Origin: Blepharisma stoltei ATCC 30299
Taxonomy: Eukaryota; Protista; Ciliophora
Direction of reading: 5' to 3'
Assembly: GCA_965603825.1 (NCBI GenBank)
Contig: CBFDEM010000018.1
Span: 682,001-746,000 of the forward strand
Length of the DNA: 64,000 nucleotides
Shown: positions 13,281 to 25,318 of the stretch, in pieces
Numbering within the stretch: the first letter of the stretch is position 1
How the letters are laid out: every line of letters begins with the position of its first letter
Program-made: the position numbers and the translations under genes
The notes under the pieces: generated by a model
Seen by the model: only the letters and a program-made list of their open reading frames with translations
Told to the model about the DNA's origin: nothing
The model's database searches: none

Positions 13281-14111
13281 TATTAATTATTTTACCTTCT
13301 GCAAATATTTTTAGATATGTTTAAATTTAAAATCCATATTTTCGCAAATAAAATCGGAAATGATGGCTAGGTAAATTTGTCAGGGTACGATGCATGATTT
13401 TAATACTTGCTGACACCAGTATTGAACTTTGGTTTCGAAAAGTTTTATTTAAGCTCAGACAACTCACTGGGGTCAAAGGGCTTCAGTCTAATTTTTCTCA
13501 CCTGGCAAGGTTTTTGCTCAGCTGAAAAAAAATTCCTCAAGTCAAACTCTACCATCAGGTAAGCGGACCTAAGCTCCTTGAATAGGATTACTGGTGAAAT
13601 GCAGCGGTATTTTAAGGCATATGAGACTAAGACTGGACAGTATAGGCTTGTTGAAGTTCAGCGTCAGCAGAGAGCCAATCTGCAGCTCATCGGACTCAGA
13701 TAAAGGGATGCAAGATTGGGCCTAATCGTATTGAAAACAAAGCCAAACGGATCTAAGATGTGAAGATAAGCCGCACTATGTCACTAGGGGCAGGTCATGA
13801 CAGCCTTAAGGTCTAGTGCAATGAGCTTTGACTCTGCCATAAAATGGTATTACAACCTCTAAATAAATTTCCTTCCCTTCCCTGACTTAGGAAGAATAAA
13901 TTTTCCACGTGGTAGTCGTCACTACCCAAAATATTTATAGAGAAGAATTTCTATTGGAAAAACACGCCACTTTTCGATTTTAATGAATTTAATCGGCGTT
14001 ATTTTTGATTTATAAATTTATTTTTATCAATAATTAGGCACAACTAAACCTAAGTCCAGAATCCCAGCTCGTTTTTATCCTCTAACTAATAATCTCCTTT
14101 TATAAAATGTA

Positions 14112-15701
14112 ATGTATTTTAAATTATTTGACGAACGAGGCATCCTGAAAAGCAAGTCGAAGGTGGAAATAAGTGTAGTATCATTTAAAGGCTGATCTCA
14201 AAAGTCAAATTACCCTAAATACGCAGTTAAAAAGAAATTCCTCGTCAACGCAACTAGAGGAAAACATGAAGTTGAAATCATGCAACAAGTAAATAAGCTC
14301 CATCCTTGAACAGTGAAATTATATGACTCAGAATTCGATGATAATGGTATTTACTACATCCTCATGGAATATTGCCCCAAAGGTGACCTCAGAAAATTTA
14401 TTAGAGAAAATAAATCGCTAAATCAGAATCCTCCTTATGACATCCTGGTTAGATATTTTTTGAATTTGGCAGACATTGTCATGGTACTGCACAGTAATAA
14501 TATTTGGCATAGAGACATAAAACCTGACAATATTTTTCGAACTGAAGACGGAGAACTGAGATTAGGCGACTGAGGTGTATCAAAATGATACACGAATGGA
14601 GATCTAGACTTCGTCTATCATACCATAACTGGAACTCAGCCTTATATGTCCCCAGAATTAGAATCAAGAAAAAAGCACAAAAGGCATTCAGTTTCTTCTC
14701 CAGATTCTGATGATATTTGAGCTCTTGGCCAAACTTTTTATGAGATGTGCACTTTTGAAAGGGTGAACTATGCGTCTGACATCCACTTTTCGATTTATAG
14801 CGAAATGGATAGAAGGAATTACCCAGAAAGCTTTGCAGAGCTAATATCAGGAATGCTGAAACCAGATTTGCTATCTAGATGGAAAATAAGAAATGTGTGG
14901 GATCAATTGATGACTATTATAAACACTATCAATATTCAGCCTATGTATAAGAAAAATGATGAAGGGGGTGAAGAAGAGATGAATTTACCTGAGGACACAG
15001 AAAACAATATATTTGAAAGTGAAACCTGTAGCATTAGGAAGCTTGAATTTACGTCTATCAAGCGTATAATTGATATTAAAAAAGAGGATTTTCAGTTGAG
15101 CGTTACAAGTTATAGCGTTGCATCAATTAATGCAAGCATAGAGCAGACCGTAAGTTCAGAAAAAACTCAGGAAATTTTAAAAGTTCCAAATGACCGAAGT
15201 ATGGCCTTTAAAACTCTAGAAATAATTGATGAAAACCCTGAAATAGTCAATGGAAAGCCTGGGATATCTGATAAAAAATCTGAAAAAGAGACCATGGACA
15301 CATATTATAATCCTAATGCTGAAGAGCAAGTATTTCAAAATGCTGAAACTGGCTCAAATCTAGCAGAATCTATCGTCCAAACAGTAAAAATTGCCACAAA
15401 AATTTTTAAAGACATAGTTCCTGACCTGCCTAACGAAACAGTTTTATCCTTTTTAGCCACTTTATATAAAGAGAACGAAATAAAATTAATTTGTCCAATT
15501 TGCAATGCAGACTCTTGGGTTAAGCTAAGCCCCAAAAATTGGAAACCTTACAAAATAAAATGCAAAAGCTGCCGATCAAACTTCTGCTCTTTCTGCTTAT
15601 ACGGAGGCAGCCACAGAAAATGCCCTGACTACCAAAACCTCTTAACAGGTATATGGAAATCTACAAAACACCCAAAACCAAAACCTTTAAAAATAATTTA
15701 A
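14112..15701 (+). CDS. Ser/Thr kinase (NEK-like) fused to a C-terminal IBR-like zinc finger
   Basis: YAVKK, HRDIKPDN, D(W)G, GTQPYMSPE, DI(W)ALG; C-terminal CPIC...CKSC...CSFC...H..C. Confidence 0.85.
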
Positions 15702-16413
15702 TAATTATCATTTGAAACTGATTTGCATATTGGGCATCATCTTTTCCCATAATTAAACCAGTTTTCAATGCAAGTCTTATGAAAAGTATGCTCACAGGCT
15801 GTTAAAAACCCGATTTCTTCCCCCACTTCTTTTGGCTGCAGACATATTGAGCATAGGTCGTCTTCCCTTATTTCTAAAATTTTAGTCCTGATTCTGGTAA
15901 TCAGCGGTCTTTGAATGTCAGGGATCAAGCTGTCATTAAAATATTTTAAGTAAAAATACAGCAAACAAATAGCTGTATTAATTAAGCAGAAAAAAAATAG
16001 GACTGCTCAGTGGAAATCTCGCAGGATTTGTGCGAATTTCTCTATTTAAAACTTACACAGTCAGAATTTTCGCTGCAAATATCCCGATAATTGATAGAAT
16101 CTAACAGAGCTCCAATGATATTTAAAGTGACACTTAAAGGCCCAGCAGTGACTAGATAGGTAGCTATAACGATTTTATAATAATTTGCCATAAACCTGCG
16201 AATCCATTTTAATACACATATCATAAGGCATAAATCTGATACTAAAATAAGCGAGGAAATACAATTTCATACAAGGTTGAATGAGAAACTAGATAAAAAT
16301 TACTCGTAAAGAAACAGCGCGAAGACTGATCTTAATAGTCATTCTACTCCGAGCAAGGCAAGCAGAATAAAAATTGAACTGGCATAGCACACTACACAGT
16401 CCATGCAATCCAT
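15698..16413 (-). CDS. Transmembrane RING-H2 E3 ligase, two introns (second junction frame anomalous)
   Basis: ATG at 16413; hydrophobic helices; CSICL...CEHTFHKTCIENW...(W)CPIC; TAA at 15700-15698. Confidence 0.75.
16042..16056 (-). other. Tiny intron GTAAGTTTTAAATAG (15 nt; 17 nt if the next AG is used)
   Basis: Perfect consensus match; removes TAG; see finding on frame. Confidence 0.7.
16289..16303 (-). other. 15-nt intron GTAATTTTTATCTAG
   Basis: Consensus match; removes in-frame TAA. Confidence 0.85.
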
Positions 16414-16466
16414 ATTTATAAGTCCTTTAATAGATAATGAGTAATTTCCTTATATTTGTTATAAAT

Positions 16467-17096
16467 ATGTACAAGAAGATTGAAGAAGAAAAATCTCCTG
16501 CGAAGAGCAAGATTGTGTATGCGTGTGTAGCTCAAGATCAAGATATCAAACTGCAGTTTTCATTGCCTGGGAATATAAAAGATACAATTTCTAATCTGAT
16601 TCAGTCAAGTGCAAATAAAAACACTCGATGTTCATTTAATTATGAAAATGCATTCCATGTTCACATGTATAATATATCCCCGAATTCATATGTGGTTGTA
16701 ACTGAAAGCTCTTTTTCACGCAAAATTGCATTTGAGTTCTTGGAAGATGTCAAAGAAAGTTACTTGTCGGGATCATTGAAAACGCTAGATGCAAAAGTAA
16801 AAAAATATAATGAGCATCAAGATGAAGATAAATTAAACAAAATCAAAAACCATGTGCAAGAAATCAATGAAATTATGATGATGAATATTGATAAAGTTAT
16901 TCAAAGGGGAGCGAAAATTGAAGTTATTATGGATCAAACGAAAGAACTTGAAGGAAGGGCAAGAATGTTTAAGAAAAACGCTAAGGAAATTGAAAGAGAA
17001 TTCAAATGCCAAAATTATAAGTGGTCTTTTATGTGCATAGCTACTTGTGGATTGCTAATTGGAATTTTCGCGGTGATTATTTATTATGCTCTTTAA
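16467..17096 (+). CDS. VAMP7: Longin R-SNARE, VAMP7-like
   Basis: Longin RKIAFEFLEDV, R-SNARE NIDKVIQRGAKIE, C-terminal TM. Start could instead be 16437. Confidence 0.85.
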   Translation: MYKKIEEEKSPAKSKIVYACVAQDQDIKLQFSLPGNIKDTISNLIQSSANKNTRCSFNYENAFHVHMYNISPNSYVVVTESSFSRKIAFEFLEDVKESYLSGSLKTLDAKVKKYNEHQDEDKLNKIKNHVQEINEIMMMNIDKVIQRGAKIEVIMDQTKELEGRARMFKKNAKEIEREFKCQNYKWSFMCIATCGLLIGIFAVIIYYAL

Positions 17097-17208
17097 TTGT
17101 TTTCTCATATATTTTGTATTCCTACATAAATTTAAGCCTAGAGTTATTAGACAAGCTAAAAAACTTTATATCAATTCTAAACTACATTAGTAGACATAGC
17201 TTAATAAA

Positions 17209-18147
17209 ATGGAAGAAGAAAAATTCGATGGACTTCTAATGACTGTGGTTCAGCAATCACAAGGCATTAACGGTTTTTTCGATGCATTTTTCGGCTTCCT
17301 TCGACGAAAAACCGATTTCTATGCCCAGCCAGAATCAGGTAAACAATTGCTTGACAAATCTTTTAATTCCCAACTTGAAGCTTACAAAGAGCAGCAAAGA
17401 ATTAAAGAAGCCAAACAAAAAGCAGCTGAGGAAAAGAAAAAGAGAGAGCAAGAGCTTAAGAACCAAAAAGTCGTTGAAATTACTGACGAAGAAGCAGAAA
17501 GAATCGCAAAAGAAGAATCTGCTAGAAAAGCAGCGCAAGCAGCACCATCTCAGCAGGTACAAAAACAGGCAGAAACTGTAGAAGCGGAACCCAAAAAAGA
17601 AGGTGAAGAAGAGGAAGAAGAAAAAGGCCAAGTTCCTGTTGGAAATGGAGGGACTACAGATAGGTATATTTGGACTCAGACATTAGGAGAGCTTACAGCC
17701 AATTTCTTCATCCCAGCTGATGCTAATGGGAAAAATATAAAAGTCGACATTGGGGTACAAAAACTTAAGGTCACATATAAAGGCCAAACCTACATAGAAG
17801 GTGAATTTTATAGTAAAGTGAAGCCAGATGAGCACTTATGGACAATCGATACAATTGATAACAGAAAAGTGCTTATTTTGACCATTGACAAATTTGAAGG
17901 GATGACATGGTGGAAAACTGTACTAAAAGGTGACACAGAAATCAATACCAAAAAGGTGGAGCCTGAAAACTCAAAACTCTCAGATCTAGATGAAGAAACA
18001 AGACCTACAGTCGAAAAAATGATGATCGACCAACAAAGAAAAGCTATGGGGCTGCCTACGCTAGAAGAAGAAGGTAAACAAGACATGCTTAAGAAGTTTA
18101 TGGCTGCACATCCAGAAATGGACTTTTCTAAGTGCAAATTCAACTAA
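17209..18147 (+). CDS. NUDC: Nuclear migration protein NudC
   Basis: FFGFLRRKTDFY, YIWTQTL, PENSKLSDLD, HPEMDFS. Confidence 0.96.
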   Translation: MEEEKFDGLLMTVVQQSQGINGFFDAFFGFLRRKTDFYAQPESGKQLLDKSFNSQLEAYKEQQRIKEAKQKAAEEKKKREQELKNQKVVEITDEEAERIAKEESARKAAQAAPSQQVQKQAETVEAEPKKEGEEEEEEKGQVPVGNGGTTDRYIWTQTLGELTANFFIPADANGKNIKVDIGVQKLKVTYKGQTYIEGEFYSKVKPDEHLWTIDTIDNRKVLILTIDKFEGMTWWKTVLKGDTEINTKKVEPENSKLSDLDEETRPTVEKMMIDQQRKAMGLPTLEEEGKQDMLKKFMAAHPEMDFSKCKFN

Positions 18148-18190
18148 AGTAAGAAAATCCATTAAATGAATTTTTCTATTAATATTAGCA

Positions 18191-19033
18191 CTACGCAGAT
18201 ACTTCAGAAAGCTTTAAAATTTGTCGGATTGGGCCTCTACATATAGGACAAAGCTTTTTAGCATCTGCTTTCAAATGCTCTGCACAGGCAGCGCACAAGC
18301 AGGCATGGTTGCATGGCAAAACTACCATTTCTTTCTTTTCGGTCAAACAAATTGAGCATTCTAGTCCTTCTGATTTATAACCATATAAATCTTTGAGCTC
18401 ATGTATAACTCCATTAATTGATATTTTTTGTCTTAAACAAGTCAATGAGTATTGGTCTTCGCTTTTGCATATTTTGAAATAAGAAGTAAGGATTTGAGGC
18501 ATTGTTTCGCTCTCTGGGGTCATTTCTATTATTACTGGAAAAGTTTTTTTGTCTTTAAAATCCAGCTCGTCATCGGAAAATCTTCCGATTTCAATTGGGC
18601 TTAAGTGAGAAAAATGCTGTCTATCTCCTGGCTCAAAATAATGGCTTTCTGGAGGTGGATATTTTTCTGGATCAACATAAAAATAGTAAGTATTTTGAAT
18701 TGGGTCAAAAATATCTTTAGCAAAATAATAAATTGTGATCCTGCAATTTCGCCTTGTGGAAAAGAGAAAATCCAGAAAATAAATAGAAGGGTTTTCAGGG
18801 TAGTTTTCAAGTTTGGCAGTTGCTTTGTAAATTGTTGAGTCTATTTGGACTTGGTTTGCTTCTGGAGAATTTTGTAGTTGGGCTCTGTTTGCTCGTGGCT
18901 GCGCTGAGTTCTGTTGTTCACTTATTACAACTATGGTGTTTTGGGGTAAAGAATTTTGATTTCTTGCTCGACTGCTATTGGAGCTATGGTCTAAACTTCT
19001 CCTTCTTGAAGAGTTTCCTACACAATTTCCCAT
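18191..19033 (-). CDS. RING E3 ligase, MGRN1/RNF157/LOG2-like
   Basis: MGN myristoylation start, LRQKI...ELKDLYG, C3HC4 CSICL...LPCNHACLC...CPICR. Confidence 0.85.
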   Translation of the reverse strand: MGNCVGNSSRRRSLDHSSNSSRARNQNSLPQNTIVVISEQQNSAQPRANRAQLQNSPEANQVQIDSTIYKATAKLENYPENPSIYFLDFLFSTRRNCRITIYYFAKDIFDPIQNTYYFYVDPEKYPPPESHYFEPGDRQHFSHLSPIEIGRFSDDELDFKDKKTFPVIIEMTPESETMPQILTSYFKICKSEDQYSLTCLRQKISINGVIHELKDLYGYKSEGLECSICLTEKKEMVVLPCNHACLCAACAEHLKADAKKLCPICRGPIRQILKLSEVSA

Positions 19034-19626
19034 AATATTTAATAATAAAAGACTAAACTTTTCACCTAAAAACTTTCTAAGAAATTAGTTTGAGATAAAG
19101 GCAATTATAAATTAGCATAAATAATGCAATTTCAGAAGTCAAAATTTATTAAATGTTATTTTATAACTGATAGATTGAAAAAATATATTGCTGATCTATT
19201 ATTCGCAACATTTTTAATGCCTTTGCAGACTGTAAGCTGATATTGTGATACTTTAGCATTAACAAAAAGAATAGAAGTCTAAGCAACTGGGTATATTTTA
19301 AGTCTATAAAAAGGCATCATCTATAATATCCCAATTATCTTATGTTCGATGTGCTTTTTATAAGCCTAAAAATAGTCAAGTTTTGCTTTTTTCCATTTAG
19401 TAGTGAAATTTTCAATTTATAAAAGGGCTAAATACTCCTCCTTATTATTCTATTTTTTTCATTATAACTAAATTTTATAGAAAAACGCTACTCATTCTAT
19501 ACACTTCCAAGCTGTATTATAATTCTTTGAAAGCCCTCAGCTTAGTTGAAATAAATTGATATTCCCATAAAGCAATTAGCCACAAAATCATAATATATTA
19601 AATTTAATCACTAAATTAAATTAAGG

Positions 19627-21975
19627 TTAATAAAACCAAGGCAGCTGTTTAAGATTTGGCAAATATTCTTCCTCATGGATGCATTGGCCAACAATATAAG
19701 CTAGCTTATGGGCCATCATTGTCGGTGCAGGGACTTTGATCCCTCCACTCCAATTATAATACATATAGCAAAGCTTAAAGGCAAGCTTTGCATATGTTAT
19801 AACGTCGGTTTCCTTTATAGGACACGTATTTTCGATGACTCTATAGAGTGTAGGTGACGCCATTCCTTGGGTGACTGCATGAGATATAAGATAAAAAGAG
19901 TTAGGGTCAGGAACTATAACAGAATTTACAACAGTTCCAGGTAATGGATTTCCAATGCCTCTTTGGGAATTTACATATAATTTTGCACTGGTTTTTTTGT
20001 TTATAATTATATAAGTGAAATTTGGGTTGTAATTATCAAATCTACTGATTGCTTCTTTCATTCCATCAATTTCAAAAGTTCTTATAGCTCCTATTTGTGA
20101 GTCCGCAACACCATCTCTATAAACAACAATGTGATCTGGCATAAATCTTTTTTTGGTGTTTTCATAAAATGCTATAAGTGCAGCTTCCAAGCAAGACCCT
20201 AAAGCAGTCGCAATTTCTTCCCCATCTATTGATTGGATTTTTACAGTGTTAAAATACTGGGTAAATACAGGGTGTATGGATGCTACAAATCCCACGACAC
20301 TTTTGGCTTTTTTCACTACATCATGGAATACATCAATTCCAACAACCATAGTCTTTGGTAATAAATTTTCAACAGGGGTAAGTGCCCACAAATAAGATCC
20401 AGTTTTGGTCGCTATTTGGAGGATTAATTTGGACATGATGGATTCAAACCGCTTGGGATTTCTCACATTGCTTCCTAAAATTACTTGAGTAGGGATCCCT
20501 GACTGCCGACAAGAAGCTAATTTTATATCTTGATAAAGATTTTTCATGTTTGGCGGCAATAAAATAACTCCAATTTGGGGTACTGGCAAGTTTTTTGGAG
20601 GGCGGTTTAAAGCTGCTACATAGGGTGCTAAATTTTTAGAATCGAAATTAAACTGGTAAGGAGTCCCTAGAACAATACCGATCTGCCGAGCTTTATTTTG
20701 GAGATTTTTTACAAGCCTATCTCTGTCTTCTTGATCTCTTTGTGTAGAAAGGACAGCCCATGTATCAATGTTGATAGGGTAAAAAATAGTTCCTCTGAGG
20801 TTGAACCCACCTCTGTCATCAAGAGTAATTATTTCATTATTGCCAATTCTTATTTGCTCCATTGGAAGCCTCATACCGCTTACTACAATTGGCTCTGAAG
20901 TAGATGCTAAGGAAAATTTATCTGAGAGCTCTCTAGTTTCTTCGCTTTCAAGCCTAACGGCTAGCTCTTGGCTTCTGTCTAAGCGATTATAAGGCTCAAG
21001 TCTTGTATGCTGGGCTATATCGTTCATAGCTCTGTAATCTTTGCGCATGTCTTCAGAAATTCCAGTAAGATTGCATAGCTCAGGAACTAACTTTATCTCG
21101 TTTTGGCCTCTATTGATAGTTGAGATGAGTAATGGTTGTCTTAAATCTCTTATAGTAACTTCATATTGTTCAAAATAATAATTTTGGTAAGAAACTTCTA
21201 CTTTATTTCTTAAAAATGTGCTGGTAGGGCTGCTTTCAAAATCAATTCCTTCAATCCTATAGCATCTATAATTTCCATAGCCAGCCATCACTATAAGTCC
21301 GTACAACTGATCCTCTATTGCTTGCTTCCAATTAGGTCCAGAATTTGCTTTAATTTCTTGAATCAGCCCAAGTGCTGTCATATTGCGAATAATTTTACTC
21401 GCAAAATCGATATTCAAAAGCATTCGATCATAATGATGTGCAAAAGATGCTGTGTATCCTTGCCATACTTCAAGCCCAAGCCCTGGTATTTGTTTAATTA
21501 GATTCGTATCATAATACTTCGGAAGGCGGGTTACTTGTAATAAATTAAGGTTACGTAGCATTTTTTTAAGCACTACATTGCAATACATTCTATAAGCTTC
21601 AGGATTAGAATCATCTATATAGCCAACATTGCGAATTTTAAGTTCAAATTCTGTATTTTTATTATCCTTTGCTTTAACTATAAAAGGTTCATCTTTATGC
21701 GTTCAAGCTGCGATGTTGTTTCCCAGTTTCATAAACTCGCCTATCTGTGCAGTGATAGAAGATTTCGCAGACTCAATCAGAATCCCGATTAGTCTTCGAT
21801 TATCAGCTTCCACATTAGGCTCGAACTTTATGAAATAGAGAGCAACATTCCCAGCTGGAGTGCGGTTAAGTCTGAAAAAATTAGTAACAATTTGAAGAGG
21901 TCTGCTTTGAGGGATAGCAACGCTCCTTTGGCTTGAAGCTGGTTCCATTTCTAGATGATGATTATTATTACCCAT
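19627..21975 (-). CDS. PIWI: PIWI-clade Argonaute, 782 aa
   Basis: N-terminal ORF joins in frame through one TGA (21705-21703); PAZ (LVPELC), MID, PIWI with GIDV, EEI, YRDGV, AHKLA; C-terminal LPWFY. Confidence 0.95.
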
Positions 21976-22471
21976 TTATGGATAAAACTCTTGAGGGCTT
22001 ATTTTTAGCTGCTTAATTGAAATTGATATTTTTTATGCTGCTTTAATAATTATTCCCTCTTTTTATATCTAATATTGAAATAAAATGGCCCGTTTTAAAA
22101 TTTATCAACATTTTGTTGATCTATAATTTTCAATAGAAGATTTTCACATAATAAAATTCAAAGCATATATCATATAGATATATTGCAAATTCGATTAATT
22201 AACAATAAAAATTTTGGAAATATTAAATCAGCATTTTAAGTGTAAATTAACTAAAATCATACCTTAAAAATTAAATCTAACTACTGCTGATGAGTAGCTA
22301 TATTTTATTTTACAAAATTTCTATCCACAAAAAACTGAACCAAAAATATTTATTTTATACAAAAATGTATTTAAATATTAAAACGCTTCAGAAACCTTAC
22401 ATTTTTTCAAAAGAAAAACAATTGATTTCTGATTTTTTTTAAAAGTTTTTTCATTTTCTCATGCACTAAAT

Positions 22472-22891
22472 ATGGATCAAGCTGCACTAAAACACTTCCA
22501 GCAATTCATGAACTGCTGGATGTACTCTGCATTTACTTTTTCTAAAATACTCGCATCATCCGCTCAAAATCAAAATCAAAAACCAGAGCCAGCTCCTCCA
22601 GGACCTGCCAAAGAAATAGAGCCAAAAGAATTTCCTTGCTTTAGTTGCGACAAAAAGTACAGCACCTATAAAGGCTTAAAGCAGCACATGGGAAAAAGCC
22701 ACAACAGCACAGTCAAGAACTTTCTCTGTGACAGCTGTGGAGGATTATTCAGCAACAAGTATGCTCTAAAATTTCACAGGCGGCAGGTTCATGAAAAATC
22801 GACAACAGCAAAGTGTAGTATATGTGAGAAGACATTTTATAACAAATACAAGCTGAAGAAGCACATCCTCAGGACGAGTCATTCTGCTTAG
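22472..22891 (+). CDS. C2H2 zinc-finger protein (three fingers)
   Basis: CxxC...HxxxxH repeated three times. Confidence 0.85.
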   Translation: MDQAALKHFQQFMNCWMYSAFTFSKILASSAQNQNQKPEPAPPGPAKEIEPKEFPCFSCDKKYSTYKGLKQHMGKSHNSTVKNFLCDSCGGLFSNKYALKFHRRQVHEKSTTAKCSICEKTFYNKYKLKKHILRTSHSA

Positions 22892-24279
22892 TAAGAAACT
22901 ATAACTATTAAAAATTACTGTTCTTTATAGCTTATAGGGTGAAATTTTAATCCTTGAGAAATATGGAAATGTGATGAATAATCACCTTATAAAAATGAAA
23001 TAAATTTTCATAGGAAATTAATTTAAAAACAGGCCAAGAGAGATTTTGGAAAATGTTTAGAGTCTAACGAAATTAGTTTTATAGGTTGATAATGCTAAAT
23101 AGCACTGATATTTCGATTTTTTAATTCAATTGTTTTATTGGGTTAGGCTCTTAATTATAATAAATTAAGTAATTTAAGGGGAAAAATCATGATTGATGGC
23201 TAGATTTGATAAAAATAGAGCAACCTAAATTAAAAGATCGGCGAACATAAACTTTGAGATTTTAACTATTTTTGATCTCAAGCATGATGCTAATTCTGCA
23301 ACTCAAAATTAAGTTATTAGACGAAGACAACGACAGAAAATTGCTCTTTGGCTTTATTTAAAAAAATTCTGTTAACTTTTCAACCCTTATAAAAGATACC
23401 AAAAATTCAGCTTATTCGTTGAGAAATGTGTATGCTTAACTTTCATCATTTTTTTTGTATATCGGCCTAATTTAAACCTATTTTGCTTTCAAATCTTAGA
23501 CTAAGAATAACCCATTACTGTAAGATTATCCACAAAGCATAAGCATATAATTCCTGAAATTAATTACATTCTCAGTTATATGATGCTCTATATTCCAGAT
23601 ATTTTAGCGGGATTTTATAGAAACTCCATAATCTATGGATCAAAAATCCTTATTTTAGTGGCAATGGGGAACTTGGCCGCTTAATAAATAGAAATTGACC
23701 TATTAGATACTTCAGACTGCAAAAACTATAATCCATAAGAAAAGTACAAAACGGAAAATCTGCATTTTACCATTTATGATGCATATATGAGGATAAGAAT
23801 TAATTTGGTCTTAAACTAATGGTCCAGCATTTAATTATTTCCAAATTTTTTAATTTTTATTAGCATGTAATTCTGCTTAAGGATTATAGCTATCGCCATT
23901 TTAAATTTGGGAAAATATTTAAGTAAATTGCTTATGTCTGATTTTGATTTTAGCTATTATTTTATTATATTATTGTTCTTTTTTTAGGCTTGCAAAAATG
24001 AAAAGCATAATTTCAAAAAAATATTTGCATAAAAGGATAGACATTTAAAGATTTTTTTAATCTATGCCTTTAAAATATCTGCAGAAAACTTGCGAAATTT
24101 CATATTGTAGGTCCATATTTTATATTTAAGTTCATAAGTTTACAGAAGGAATTGCTATTTGATTAAATTTTTTTATCAATTGATTAAAAATCGGCAATTT
24201 TTAATTTTGCATTAAGGTTTATTAGCTTCTCTAAATATAATTGATAAATTTCTATTTGTTCAAAATTATTTTAAATTAC

Positions 24280-24822
24280 TTAGATTACAAAGCGCTCATT
24301 CTTTGTTGCTATTTTCGAAAAAACCCCTTTCCTCAGCTGCATTTTTATGCTATTTTTCGATTTAATTAGCTCTCTATATTCACTCCTACTTGATAACTTC
24401 ATCTTAATTGGTTTTGGTGTAGTTGTGATCACATTTGATAACATTTGTCCTGAAAACTCATAAGGAATTGTCTTCAGCTCAACCGAAGTCTCCCTTCTGA
24501 GCTTTGTTGGTGAATCAAAAGAATGCTTCCTACAAAATCCTCGGAAATTCATATGATGCGGATTTGGTGAAGGTGGAAACTTGTAAGGCTCTTTAATTCC
24601 TGAGCATCTTCTAGCAATAAATTGGTTGCTTTGAAAGAGCTCCTTTTTCTTTTTAGTCCTAATAATCGAATGATAAAACGACTTCCTTCTATTAAGGTCA
24701 TCAAATGAACTATTTGTGTTTTCTAGTTTATCTTCCTCAGTTGGTATCCTAATTATGAGTTTTCTTTGGGATTTTGGAGAAAAAGAATGCTCGGAATCTA
24801 GAGATTTAAATCTTTTGTTCAT
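24280..24822 (-). CDS. Hypothetical basic protein
   Basis: 180-aa ATG-TAA ORF with AT-rich flanks. Confidence 0.7.
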   Translation of the reverse strand: MNKRFKSLDSEHSFSPKSQRKLIIRIPTEEDKLENTNSSFDDLNRRKSFYHSIIRTKKKKELFQSNQFIARRCSGIKEPYKFPPSPNPHHMNFRGFCRKHSFDSPTKLRRETSVELKTIPYEFSGQMLSNVITTTPKPIKMKLSSRSEYRELIKSKNSIKMQLRKGVFSKIATKNERFVI

Positions 24823-25318
24823 AATTCATATGGATTATTTATAGTCTAATTACCCATTTGGGTATTTAGCCATTTCTATGATGGTCATAATATTAAGCAG
24901 AGTGTTTTGGAGGAGTTTTATAAAGGAAAAGTTTCATAGTAAAGAAAATAAATGGTTTATTTATGAAGGAAATTACAGCAAAAAATGCTTCTCTTTGAAT
25001 TAAATTTGCAAAAAAACATCATTGAAAATTTTAAATGTTTGGATAATTTGTGGGGATTTGTGGATAAAATTTAAAGAAAAAAAGATTTTGATGCAAAAAA
25101 GATGATTTTGAGTAAGATGTCCCATATGTATGGAATAAATTAATAAATTAAGTTTTATTTCAAATAATATCCATCAAAAAGAAATAAGCATAGATCTTTG
25201 TTTTCTAAAGATTTTTATTAATATTCTAAAATATTACCCGTCGATCCTTATGATACTTTCATTCCATTCAACGTTAACTTTCCATCTTTAGCCACAGGTG
25301 AATAAAAATTTAATAAGT

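Noticed and set aside
17282-18143. Overlapping and antisense ORFs over NudC, and similar short track ORFs over other genes
   Set aside because: Shadow frames of well-supported genes with no motifs.
23627-23731. Fic-like peptide KNPYFSGNGELGRL in the 1.4-kb spacer
   Set aside because: Only 34 codons, no catalytic His and no start codon; probably chance.
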